A stretch of DNA of 55,965 nucleotides from Mycobacteriales bacterium (GCA_038232055.1 JBBSIN010000006.1:1-55965); one strand, 5' to 3'. Numbered from the stretch's first letter, positions 47,962 to 55,965 are shown. Program-made: numbers and translations. The notes: generated by a model not told the origin, from the sequence alone.

Positions 47962-49056
47962 CTAGCGGCGTCCGGTGAGTCGCGCCACGCGTCCCTTGTC
48001 GCCGGAGGCCCAGCAGGCGTTGCCTGCGGCACAGTCGACGCCGTCGAACTGGCCGCTGCCGAAATGCTGCCAGTGGAAGCCGCCGTCCCTGGTGATGTCA
48101 CTGCCGCTGAGGCCGACGGCGAGAGCCGTACCTCGGGTGCCGGGCACGAACGTCAAGCCCGACCGGTAGCCGTTCGGCGCGGCCGCCTTGCCGACCAGCG
48201 TCCAGGTCCTACCGCCGTCGGCGGTGAGCGCGACCGCCTGTCGGGCGGCGTTCGGAGCCGCGAAGTCGCCGCCGATAGCGATGCCCTGCAGCCGGTCGCG
48301 GAAGGCCACCGCGAAGATGCCGGCGCTGTCCCCGGCGGCGATGGGGGTGGCAGACACCGTCCACGTACGACCGCGGTTCGTCGAGTGGAAGACCCGCGCC
48401 GCGGCGCCCCCGGTGCCGAACCAGGCGTCGTGTGCACCCCGTGTCGTGAGGCAGCCGCCGCCCGCCGCGAAGCCGAACTCGCCCGCTCGGGCGGCGGGCA
48501 TCCCGGCCGGCGACTGGATGCGCCAGTGCCGGCCGCCGTCGCGCGTCGCGAGGATCCGGAACTTGCCGTTGACCGGATCGCTCATCGTCAGGCCATACCG
48601 GGAGTCGAAGAACGCCATGCAGTCGTAGAAGGCGGCCGGGTGGCGGTTGGTGTAGGCGAGCCTCCAGTGCCGGCCGCCGCTGAACGTCACGTAGAGCCGC
48701 GAGTCGCGGCCCTCGCCGGCCGCCATGGCGACCGCATGGCTGGCGCTGAACGCCTCGATGTCGCGGAACTGGAGGGCTCCGGCACCGGTCGGGCTCACGT
48801 CGCGCCAGGTGCGGCCGCCGTTCGTCGTACGCAGGATCGTCCCGTCGTACCCGCCGAGCCAGGCGACTCGCTCGTTGACCGCGGACAGCCCACGGAAGTG
48901 CGACGGGTGTCCCGTATGCAGCAGGCGCCACGACGGCGACGACGACGAGGTCGCCGCGGCCGCTGACGCCGGCGCCAGGAGGAGTGGAAGCAGCGCCGCG
49001 AGAGCACCCGCAATACGGGCGCGGCGGAGCAGAACAGGGGGCATCGACCACGTCAT
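47962..49056 (-). CDS. Secreted YCF48/BNR-repeat beta-propeller protein
   Basis: Signal peptide; FRGLSAV; repeated T.[N/D]GG..W Asp-box motifs; FRDIEAF, FYDCMAFFD, EFGFAA.G.C, GIAIGGDF. Confidence 0.85.
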   Translation of the reverse strand: MTWSMPPVLLRRARIAGALAALLPLLLAPASAAAATSSSSPSWRLLHTGHPSHFRGLSAVNERVAWLGGYDGTILRTTNGGRTWRDVSPTGAGALQFRDIEAFSASHAVAMAAGEGRDSRLYVTFSGGRHWRLAYTNRHPAAFYDCMAFFDSRYGLTMSDPVNGKFRILATRDGGRHWRIQSPAGMPAARAGEFGFAAGGGCLTTRGAHDAWFGTGGAAARVFHSTNRGRTWTVSATPIAAGDSAGIFAVAFRDRLQGIAIGGDFAAPNAARQAVALTADGGRTWTLVGKAAAPNGYRSGLTFVPGTRGTALAVGLSGSDITRDGGFHWQHFGSGQFDGVDCAAGNACWASGDKGRVARLTGRR

Positions 49057-49116
49057 ATCGCGCACCGTACCGCGCCAACCGGGACAGCGGAATCGTCCCG
49101 CGGCTACCGTCGAGGG

Positions 49117-49473
49117 GTGGTCACTCCTGACGCCCTCGACGCCGCATCGGCCAGCGTGCGGCGCGACCTCGAACGGACCGGACACTGGCGTCTTCCCGCC
49201 ATGCGGTCGCTCGCCGACGCCGTGGAGCATCGACGGTGCTGGGTCAGCGCCTGGCCGGAGGGGGGAGAGCACTTGCTCGGGCTGCTGGCCCAAGACGTCC
49301 AGGAGGCCTTGCATGCCGGCACCGACCCGGACTGGCCGTGCTGCCCGGAGCACCTGGATCACCCCCTGTTCGTGGAGCCGGACCTCGGCCCCGACCCGTT
49401 CTGGGTCTGCCACCGCACGGGGTTCCCGATCGCCGGCGTCGGCCGCCTCGAGGGCGCTGGCAGCGGCCGCTGA
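49117..49473 (+). CDS. Hypothetical protein with C-terminal Cys/His cluster
   Basis: GAGGG upstream, good codon bias, WPCCPEHLDHPL...FWVC. Confidence 0.6.
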   Translation: MVTPDALDAASASVRRDLERTGHWRLPAMRSLADAVEHRRCWVSAWPEGGEHLLGLLAQDVQEALHAGTDPDWPCCPEHLDHPLFVEPDLGPDPFWVCHRTGFPIAGVGRLEGAGSGR

Positions 49474-49539
49474 AGCACGGGCGCCGGTTCGAGTGATCCG
49501 CGGACACCCTCTCTCACAGCAGCCGGAGATGATGCCGGT

Positions 49540-50001
49540 ATGAACTTCCAGCGACCGTCGCCCCGGCTCTGGACCGCGCGGCGCGTGCAGTGGGCGGTCG
49601 TCAGCGTGGCGCTCCTGCTCGCGGGCGGATCGTTCACCTGGGCGGCAGCCGGGCGTACGGCGGCTGGGATCACCCTCGGCGTCCTTGCTCTGCTCGCCGT
49701 CTGGTGGTGGTTCCTGCTCCGCGGCCGTTACCGCTCGTGGGGCTACCTCGAGCGCGAGGACGACCTGCTCGTCCGACGGGGCCTGCTGGTGCGCCGGCTG
49801 TCGGTCGTGCCGTACGGCCGCATGCAGTTCATCGACGTGACGGCGGGGCCGGTCGAGCGCTGGTTCGGCCTCGCGACCGTACAGCTGCACACCGCTGCGG
49901 CCGGAACCGACGCCAAGATTCCCGGCCTGGCAACGGCGGAGGCGGGTCGGCTGCGCGACCGGCTCGCGACGCTCGGCGAGGCGCGGGCCGCCGGGCTGTG
50001 A
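49540..50001 (+). CDS. bPH_2 domain membrane protein (YdbS-like)
   Basis: Two TM segments, then Y.EREDDLLVRRGLL.RR..VVPYGRMQF.DVT.GP.ER.FGLA.VQLHTAA. Confidence 0.9.
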   Translation: MNFQRPSPRLWTARRVQWAVVSVALLLAGGSFTWAAAGRTAAGITLGVLALLAVWWWFLLRGRYRSWGYLEREDDLLVRRGLLVRRLSVVPYGRMQFIDVTAGPVERWFGLATVQLHTAAAGTDAKIPGLATAEAGRLRDRLATLGEARAAGL

Positions 50002-51317
50002 CGACGACGAACGGGCCGGCGAACACCTCCTGGACCCGCCTGCACCCGCTGTCGCCGCTGCTGCGCTTTGGCCGGGCCGCCGCCGCCCTGGCCGTCGTGG
50101 TCGGGCCGCGTGCCGTCGCCGGAGCCGGCGACTCGCACCTGACCGGACTGGTCCCCGAGGTCCTGCTCATCGCCGCGGCGGCCGTGGCCGGGGCCGTCTA
50201 CTGGCTGGTGACCCGCTGGCGGATCTCCGGAGCGGAGCTGCAGATCGAGACCGGGCTGATCCGCCGCCAGTCGATCCGGGTACCCCTCGCGCGAATCCAG
50301 GCGGTCGACATCGTCCGCCCGTTGCTGGGCCGTTTCCTCGGCCTCGCCGAGCTCCAGGTCGTCGTCGCCGGCAGCGGTCGCAGTCAGAGCCGGTTGGCCT
50401 ACCTGCAGGAGGACGAGGCGCAGCGGGTACGCGCGGAGCTGCTCGCCTTGGCGCACGGCCTCCAAGGCGACACTCCGGAGCCACCAGAGCGACGCCTCTT
50501 CGAGGTCGGCCTCGGCGAACTCGTCGCCTCGGTGGCGCTCGGGGCGCCGGTCGTCGTCGCCGTCCTGTTGGCGATCGGAAGCGCTGCCGCTGTTGTGCTG
50601 ACGCCCATCGGGTTCGTCGTCGTCCTGACGACGTGGCCGGTGCTCTTCGCTATCGGGTCGGTGGGCGTCCGCCGGATTCTCGTCGAGTACGGCTTCACCG
50701 TCGCCGAGGCCCCCGACGGACTTCGGATCCGCAGCGGGCTGCTGCAGACCAGAGCGGAGACGATTCCGATCGGTCGGGTGCAGGCGGTGCGCTGGGTCGA
50801 GCCGCTCCTGTGGCGGCCATTCGGGTGGTGCCGGCTGGAGGTCGACGTGGCGCGGCAGCACGGCGGCCGCGGGTCGGAGCCCGAGACGGCCGAGATGACC
50901 CGCGCCCTGCTGCCGGTGGGCACCCGCGACACGGCGTCCGGTTTGCTGCACCGCGTCCTACCGGAGGCTGCGGTCCGGCCGCCGCACGGTGCCGGACCAC
51001 CGCGTCGGGCGATCTGGCGGGCCCCGCTGTCCTACCGGATGCTCGCCGCATGGCACGACGACCGCTACGTCTGCGCACGCACCGGCCGGGTCCGGCCCAG
51101 CCTTGTCATCGTGCCGCTGGAGAAGGTGCAGAGCCTGCGATGGGTGCAGGGACCGCTGCAGCGTGCGCTACGCCTGGCCAGCGTGCACGTCGACACCGCC
51201 GGTCGACGATGGCAGGCGGTGGCCCGCGCCCGGGACGCCGGCGAGGCCGACGCCATGCTGGTGCGGCTCACCGACCTCTCGGGTCGTGCGCGGCGTTCCG
51301 TGCGGCGGGTCAGCTGA
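49998..51317 (+). CDS. Multi-bPH_2 domain membrane protein (YdbT-like)
   Basis: W.RLHPLSP; three PH repeats (RIQAVDI.RP, RVQAV...EP, KVQS....QGP); GTGA overlap with the upstream gene. Confidence 0.88.
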   Translation: MTTTNGPANTSWTRLHPLSPLLRFGRAAAALAVVVGPRAVAGAGDSHLTGLVPEVLLIAAAAVAGAVYWLVTRWRISGAELQIETGLIRRQSIRVPLARIQAVDIVRPLLGRFLGLAELQVVVAGSGRSQSRLAYLQEDEAQRVRAELLALAHGLQGDTPEPPERRLFEVGLGELVASVALGAPVVVAVLLAIGSAAAVVLTPIGFVVVLTTWPVLFAIGSVGVRRILVEYGFTVAEAPDGLRIRSGLLQTRAETIPIGRVQAVRWVEPLLWRPFGWCRLEVDVARQHGGRGSEPETAEMTRALLPVGTRDTASGLLHRVLPEAAVRPPHGAGPPRRAIWRAPLSYRMLAAWHDDRYVCARTGRVRPSLVIVPLEKVQSLRWVQGPLQRALRLASVHVDTAGRRWQAVARARDAGEADAMLVRLTDLSGRARRSVRRVS

Positions 51318-52506
51318 CGACGCCAGCAGCACTGCGGGCGGCGTACGCCGAGAGCCGGGACACCGCTTCGTCCAGCACTTCTTCGCGCTTGCAGAACGCG
51401 AACCGTACGTACGGCCGGCCGGCCTCGACGTCGTCGTAGAACACGGCAGTGGGGATCGCCGCGACGCCGGCTGCCTCGGGCAGCGCGCGGGCGAAGGCCA
51501 CCCCGTCCTCGACCCCGAGGGAACGTACGTCGGCCTGCACGAAGTAGGTGCCCGCCGGCCGGTGCACGGTGAGCCCGAGCGTCTCCAGGCCCTTGCTCAG
51601 CACGTCGCGGCGAGCCTGCAGCGATGCTCGGGACTGCGCCACCCAGCCGAGCTCGTCGGCGAGCGCGTAGGCGACGGCTGCCTGGAAAGGTCCACCGGCG
51701 GTAAACGTCAGGAACTGCTTGACCGTCGTCACGGCACGGACGAGCTCGGCTGGTGCGCAGATCCAGCCGACCTTCCAGCCGGTCACCGAGAAGGTCTTGC
51801 CGGCCGATGACACCGAGACCGTCCGCTCCCGCATGCCGGGCAGCGTGGCGAGCGGGACGTGCTCGGCTTCGTCGTACGTCAGATGCTCGTAGACCTCGTC
51901 CGTCACGGCCACCAGGTCGTGCTCCCGACAGATCTCCGCGACGACGTCGAGCTCGACCCGGGTCAGCACGGTGCCGGTCGGGTTGTGCGGACTGTTGACC
52001 AGCAGGACCCGGCTGCGCGGCGTGACGGCAGCCCGCAACTCGGTCGGGTCGAAGGTGAACCGCCCGGCCGGACCGTCGGGGCGAAGGGTCACTGGTCTAC
52101 GGATGGCGCCGGCCAAGGCGATGCCGGCGGCATAGGAGTCATAGTAGGGCTCGAAGACCACGACCTCGTCGCCGACCTCGCATAGGGCAAGGAGCGTTGC
52201 GGTGATCGCCTCGGTCGCGCCGACGGTGACCAGCACTTCGCTGTCGGGATCGTACGACACCCCGTAACGCCCGGCGCGATCCGCGGCAATCGCCTGTCGC
52301 AGCACAGGCAGTCCCGGGCCCGGCGGATACTGGTTGAGACCGTCGCGGATGCCCAGGACCGCGCGTTCCAGCATCGCGGTCGGGCCGTCGGTGTCCGGGA
52401 AGCCCTGCCCGAGGTTCACCGCCCCGGTTGCGTTGGCCAGGGCGGTGATCTCGGCGAAGATCGTTGTACCAAAGCCGCGCATGCGGGACACCAGCTGCGC
52501 CGTCAC
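51310..52506 (-). CDS. PLP-dependent aminotransferase class I/II (YbdL / glutamine transaminase / actinobacterial DapC-like)
   Basis: TIFAEI..LA....AVNLGQGFPD, NQY, GATEA, EPYYDSY, NSPHNPTG, DEVYEHL, SAGKTFSVTGWKVGW, RFAFCK. Confidence 0.9.
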   Translation of the reverse strand: MTAQLVSRMRGFGTTIFAEITALANATGAVNLGQGFPDTDGPTAMLERAVLGIRDGLNQYPPGPGLPVLRQAIAADRAGRYGVSYDPDSEVLVTVGATEAITATLLALCEVGDEVVVFEPYYDSYAAGIALAGAIRRPVTLRPDGPAGRFTFDPTELRAAVTPRSRVLLVNSPHNPTGTVLTRVELDVVAEICREHDLVAVTDEVYEHLTYDEAEHVPLATLPGMRERTVSVSSAGKTFSVTGWKVGWICAPAELVRAVTTVKQFLTFTAGGPFQAAVAYALADELGWVAQSRASLQARRDVLSKGLETLGLTVHRPAGTYFVQADVRSLGVEDGVAFARALPEAAGVAAIPTAVFYDDVEAGRPYVRFAFCKREEVLDEAVSRLSAYAARSAAGVVS

Positions 52507-52547
52507 CCGTCCGAGAATAGAGCCAAGCGTCGGGCAGGATGTTCGAC

Positions 52548-53354
52548 ATGAAGGTGGCCATCACGCAGTTCGCGGCGGGTTACGACAAGCCGGCCAACAT
52601 CGCTCGGCTCCGGGACCTGATCGGCCGGGCCGCCGAGACCGGCGCGGAGCTCGTCGTGTGCCCCGAGGCCTCGATGCACCCGTTCGGGCGGGCCGACGAG
52701 TCGCTCGCGGCGGTGGCCGAGCCGATCGACGGCGCGTTCGGGTCGGGCATCGCGGCGGCGTCGGCGGCGTACGGCGTCACAGTGGTGGCCGGCATGTTCG
52801 AGTCGGTCGAAGGCGACGCCGCCCGCGCGTACAACACGGTGGTGGCGGTGAGCGGCGGTGAGCTTCTCGGCCGCTACCGCAAGCTGCACCTCTTCGACGC
52901 GCTCGGGTGGGTCGAGTCCAAGCGACTCGTCCCGGGCGAACTCGACGGGTCGGGGCTACTCACCTTTTTCTGTGGTGACGTGACGGTCGGCGTACTCACC
53001 TGCTACGACGTCCGCTTCCCGGAGCTGAGTCGCGCCCTCGTCGACGCCGGCGCGACGCTGCTCGCGCTCCCGTCGGCCTGGGTCGCCGGTCCGCTCAAGG
53101 AGGACCAGTGGCTGACCCTGGTGCGGGCGCGGGCGATCGAGAACACCTGTTACGTCGCGGCGGCCGACCAGGCAGCTCCGGATTATGCCGGCCGTAGCGT
53201 CGTCGTCGATCCGACCGGCATCCCGCTCGTACAGCTGGGCGACGGAGAGGGGAGTGCCGTCGCCGACGTCTGCGCCGACCGGGTCCGGCAGGTGCGGGAC
53301 AGGATGCCGTCGCTGGAGCATCGCCGCTTCCGGGTCGTCGCGGTGGGCGGTTGA
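52548..53354 (+). CDS. Carbon-nitrogen hydrolase (Nit1/omega-amidase-like)
   Basis: VVCPEA, YRKLHLFDA, TCYDVRFPE, RARAIEN, R..MPSL.HRR. Confidence 0.9.
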   Translation: MKVAITQFAAGYDKPANIARLRDLIGRAAETGAELVVCPEASMHPFGRADESLAAVAEPIDGAFGSGIAAASAAYGVTVVAGMFESVEGDAARAYNTVVAVSGGELLGRYRKLHLFDALGWVESKRLVPGELDGSGLLTFFCGDVTVGVLTCYDVRFPELSRALVDAGATLLALPSAWVAGPLKEDQWLTLVRARAIENTCYVAAADQAAPDYAGRSVVVDPTGIPLVQLGDGEGSAVADVCADRVRQVRDRMPSLEHRRFRVVAVGG

Positions 53355-53424
53355 CATGTCGGGAACGCGGGCCTGCTCCAATAGGCCGACGTAGCCAGAC
53401 AGGCTCGACGATGGGGAGGTTCGG

Positions 53425-53688
53425 ATGGCGCTCGACGACGACGACATGGTGACCACGCCGGGTGGCGGCGGGGCCGAGGGTCCGGCCGACGGAGGCGCGA
53501 GTGGCGTGCCCGGCGGCCAGGACGGCGGCGCGGACGGCGGTGCCGCCACCGATGCGGACGGTGGCGCAGACGGCGGCGCCGACAGCGGTGCCGAGGGCCC
53601 GGCCGACGGGGGCGCGGGCGGCGTGTCCGGCGCGCAGGACGGCGGCGCAGACGGTGGTGCCGACAGCGGCGCGGGTGGCGGCGCCTGA
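53425..53688 (+). CDS. Asp/Gly-rich repetitive small protein; candidate precursor peptide/substrate
   Basis: GGGGAGG RBS 5 nt before ATG; 87 aa: acidic head MALDDDDM then 8 DGGA and 2 DSGA motifs; strong codon bias with synonymous variation between repeats. Confidence 0.85.
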   Translation: MALDDDDMVTTPGGGGAEGPADGGASGVPGGQDGGADGGAATDADGGADGGADSGAEGPADGGAGGVSGAQDGGADGGADSGAGGGA

Positions 53689-53708
53689 GTAGCACCCGCA
53701 CCCGCCTC

Positions 53709-53741
53709 GGCCGGGCGGTCAGCCCCGTCGACCGCCCGGCC
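53709..53741 (+). terminator. 12-bp perfect stem-loop after the peptide gene (attenuator or mRNA stabiliser)
   Basis: GGCCGGGCGGTC-agccccgtc-GACCGCCCGGCC, followed only by TT. Confidence 0.65.
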
Positions 53742-54980
53742 TTGCGGCGTTGCGTGACGCTCGACACTGACCGGTTCGCTGCGCAGTACTGGGGATCGGC
53801 GCCGTACCTCTCGAAAGCAGCGGACGCCAGCCGGTACGACGACCTGCTCACCGTCGCTGCGGTCGACGAGCTGTTGTCCACCCGCGGCCTGCGCACGCCG
53901 TTCCTGCGGATGGCGAAGGACGGACAGGTCCTCGAGGCGCACCGCTACACCGCGAGTGGCGGGGCCGGGGCCGAGATCGGCGACCAGGTTGCTGACGACC
54001 GGGTGCTCGCGCTCTTCGCCGACGGCGCGACCGTTGTGCTGCAGGGGCTGCACCGGTTGTGGCCGCCGCTCGTGGACTTCGGCACCCGACTGACCGCCGA
54101 TCTCGGGCATCCGGTGCAGGTCAACGCCTACGTGACGCCACCATCGTCCCGCGGTTTCTCGGCGCACTACGACGTGCACGACGTCTTCGTGCTCCAGGTG
54201 GCCGGCCGCAAGCGCTGGGTCATCCATCCGCCGGTGCACGCGGCACCGCTGCGCAGCCAGCCATGGACCGACCACAGGGCGGCGGTTGCCGAGGCTGCGA
54301 CGAGGGAGCCGCTGATCGACACGGTTCTCGAGCCGGGCGACGCCCTCTACCTGCCCCGTGGCTACCTGCACTCCGCAGAGGCTCTCGGTGACGTCTGCGT
54401 GCATCTCACGGTGGGCGTGCACGTGCACACGCGGTACGAGATTGCGGAGGCGCTGTGTCAGCTGGCACTGAGCCGGTTGGCGCTGGGCGCTGGGCAACAG
54501 AGCGAACCGGCTGCCGACGGCGATTCCCCCCGGGCGGCGCTGCCGCTCGGCGTCGACGTGGCGGACCCGGACGCCATCTCCGCCGACCTGGCGGTCGTGG
54601 TCGACGCCCTTGCGGACCGGCTGCGGCAGCTGACACCGGCCGACATCGCGGCCGTGCTGGCCGATCATGCCGGCCGAGCCACTAGGCCGGCGCCTCTCAC
54701 GCCGCTCGCGCAGGCGGCCGCGGCCGCTGAGGTGACTTCTACCACCCTGGTCCGCCGGCGTCCGGCGCTGCGTGCCGCACTGCGCGACCGCGGAGACCGC
54801 GTCGCCCTGCGCCTTGCCGATCGCGAGATCTCGCTACCCGGCGCTATCAGACCGGCGCTGACCGCTCTGCTCACCGGCCGGGACGCCACCCCCAGCGACC
54901 TGCCCGGCCTGGAGGCGGACGACGGCATCGTGCTCGTACGACGACTGCTCCGCGAGGGCGTCGTCGTACCCGTCCATTGA
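53742..54980 (+). CDS. JmjC/cupin_4 Fe(II)/2-oxoglutarate hydroxylase (NO66/MINA/ROXA-like)
   Basis: GATVVLQGL, VQVNAYVTP, GFSAHYDVHDVFVLQVAGRKRW (HxD and the 2OG Lys), LEPGDALYLPRGYLHSA (distal His), HLTVG, winged-helix-like C-terminus. Start uncertain; the frame is open back to CTG 53685. Confidence 0.9.
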   Translation: MRRCVTLDTDRFAAQYWGSAPYLSKAADASRYDDLLTVAAVDELLSTRGLRTPFLRMAKDGQVLEAHRYTASGGAGAEIGDQVADDRVLALFADGATVVLQGLHRLWPPLVDFGTRLTADLGHPVQVNAYVTPPSSRGFSAHYDVHDVFVLQVAGRKRWVIHPPVHAAPLRSQPWTDHRAAVAEAATREPLIDTVLEPGDALYLPRGYLHSAEALGDVCVHLTVGVHVHTRYEIAEALCQLALSRLALGAGQQSEPAADGDSPRAALPLGVDVADPDAISADLAVVVDALADRLRQLTPADIAAVLADHAGRATRPAPLTPLAQAAAAAEVTSTTLVRRRPALRAALRDRGDRVALRLADREISLPGAIRPALTALLTGRDATPSDLPGLEADDGIVLVRRLLREGVVVPVH

Positions 54981-55864
54981 CCACCGGCGCCCGCGCGTGG
55001 TGCTCGGTGAACGCGGAGCTTCGCGGCGACCCACCCTGGGCGACGGCTGCCCCGGTCGGTCACTGGCTACTGGTCGAGCAACCGGGACCTTGGGGCCGTG
55101 ATGCAGTCCGGCAGTCGCGGCTTGACCGCGAGGTGGCGGAAGGCGTTCTCGAGCGCAGCCGCGACGCTGGCACGAGGCTGGTGCTTATTCGCCGACCGGC
55201 GAGGGCGGGCTCCGCCACCCGTCGGCGCTGGGCGGTGGTGGACTCTCGGCCGGCGCACGAGCGCATCTCCTGGGGCTGGTTCCAGAGTGACGACGAGCTG
55301 CTTCGCCTGCCGCTCGACGGGTCGGCCGGCGACATCTCGACGGACCCGCTCTATCTGGTTTGCACGCATGGGCGTCACGATGCCTGCTGCGCGCTCCGAG
55401 GCCGGCCGGTGGCTGCCGCGTTCGCCGCCCTCCGCCCGAAGGCGACATGGGAGTGCTCGCACGTCGGTGGCGACCGCTTCGCGGCGAACGTCGTCGCGCT
55501 TCCGCACGGCCTGTACTACGGGCGCGTGACCACAACCCAGGTCGGCGACCTCGTCTCGGCGTACGAGCGGGGCCGGCTGCTGCCCGCCCTGTTGCGCGGC
55601 CGGTCGTCCTACTCCCCTCCGGTCCAGGCGGCCCAGCAGCACGCCTACGCCATCCACGGCGAAGACCGCATCGACGCGCTTCCGCCGGTCACCGTGGAGC
55701 GACTCGGGGATGCGGCGTGGCGGGTGCGCCTCCGGTACGGCGACCAGCTGCACGACGTCGTCGTGCGTGCAGAGCGTGCGGCGCCAGCTCGGCTCACCTG
55801 CTCCGCCATGCGCGACGCGACGACGCTGGTTTACCGGGTCGTCGAGGACGGCTCAACGACCTGA
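54977..55864 (+). CDS. Sucrase/ferredoxin-like (thioredoxin-like ferredoxin) Fe-S protein
   Basis: WLLVEQPGPWG, LVCTHGRHDACCA..GR, WECSHVGGDRFAAN...LPHG.YYGR, RGRS; TTGA overlap with the JmjC stop. Confidence 0.9.
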   Translation: MTTGARAWCSVNAELRGDPPWATAAPVGHWLLVEQPGPWGRDAVRQSRLDREVAEGVLERSRDAGTRLVLIRRPARAGSATRRRWAVVDSRPAHERISWGWFQSDDELLRLPLDGSAGDISTDPLYLVCTHGRHDACCALRGRPVAAAFAALRPKATWECSHVGGDRFAANVVALPHGLYYGRVTTTQVGDLVSAYERGRLLPALLRGRSSYSPPVQAAQQHAYAIHGEDRIDALPPVTVERLGDAAWRVRLRYGDQLHDVVVRAERAAPARLTCSAMRDATTLVYRVVEDGSTT

Positions 55865-55919
55865 CACTTCACCGGCGAGGGTCGTTCGGCTCGTGGCCGA
55901 CCCAGGTGACCATGGCGCC

Positions 55920-55965
55920 TCAGTCGGCGATGTCGGCGAGCACGGCGTCGGTGAACACCGGCCAC
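55920..55965 (-). CDS. 3' end of a gene continuing beyond the window
   Basis: Minus-strand frame reads ...WPVFTDAVLADIAD* with GC-rich third positions. Confidence 0.5.
   Translation of the reverse strand, partial: WPVFTDAVLADIAD

Noticed and set aside
53425-53688. Peptide ORF as collagen-like, PE_PGRS, RTX or non-coding low-complexity DNA
   Set aside because: The periodicity is DGGA (4), not Gxy or GGxGxDxLx; there is no PE domain; the strong RBS and synonymous variation support a real distinct gene.

Overview
High-GC actinobacterial chromosomal segment (lineage inferred from codon bias, an Rpf gene with a c-di-AMP riboswitch, a TCGAAC-N4-GTTCGA SOS box and a DUF222-HNH gene), with about 50 CDS. 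I found no rRNA, tRNA or CRISPR array. Main blocks: (1) housekeeping and accessory genes at 1-20.2 kb (SatP, secreted beta-helix protein, PP2C, MalY/PatB, HrpA, Rpf with 40-aa repeats, ROK, YceI, S9 peptidase); (2) a 17-kb betaine/N-methyl-amino-acid catabolic island at 20.3-37.6 kb (BHMT-like methyltransferase, FAD oxidase, soxBDAG, fhs, cyclohydrolase, two IclRs, osmoprotectant ABC transporter, amidase, Rieske demethylase); (3) an IYD-like nitroreductase, pgm, an SOS-controlled DUF222-HNH gene, a lytic transglycosylase, transporters, a collapsed MauE/thioredoxin/LGFP locus and a YdbS/YdbT pair; (4) the best candidate for an undescribed system, at 53.4-55.9 kb: an 87-aa peptide carrying ten D-[G/S]-G-A repeats, a strong hairpin, a NO66/ROXA-type JmjC hydroxylase and a sucrase/ferredoxin-like Fe-S protein. 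This resembles a RiPP-like peptide-hydroxylation operon. Family calls rest on motifs recognised by eye; no database search was run. Several start codons were moved relative to the ORF track.
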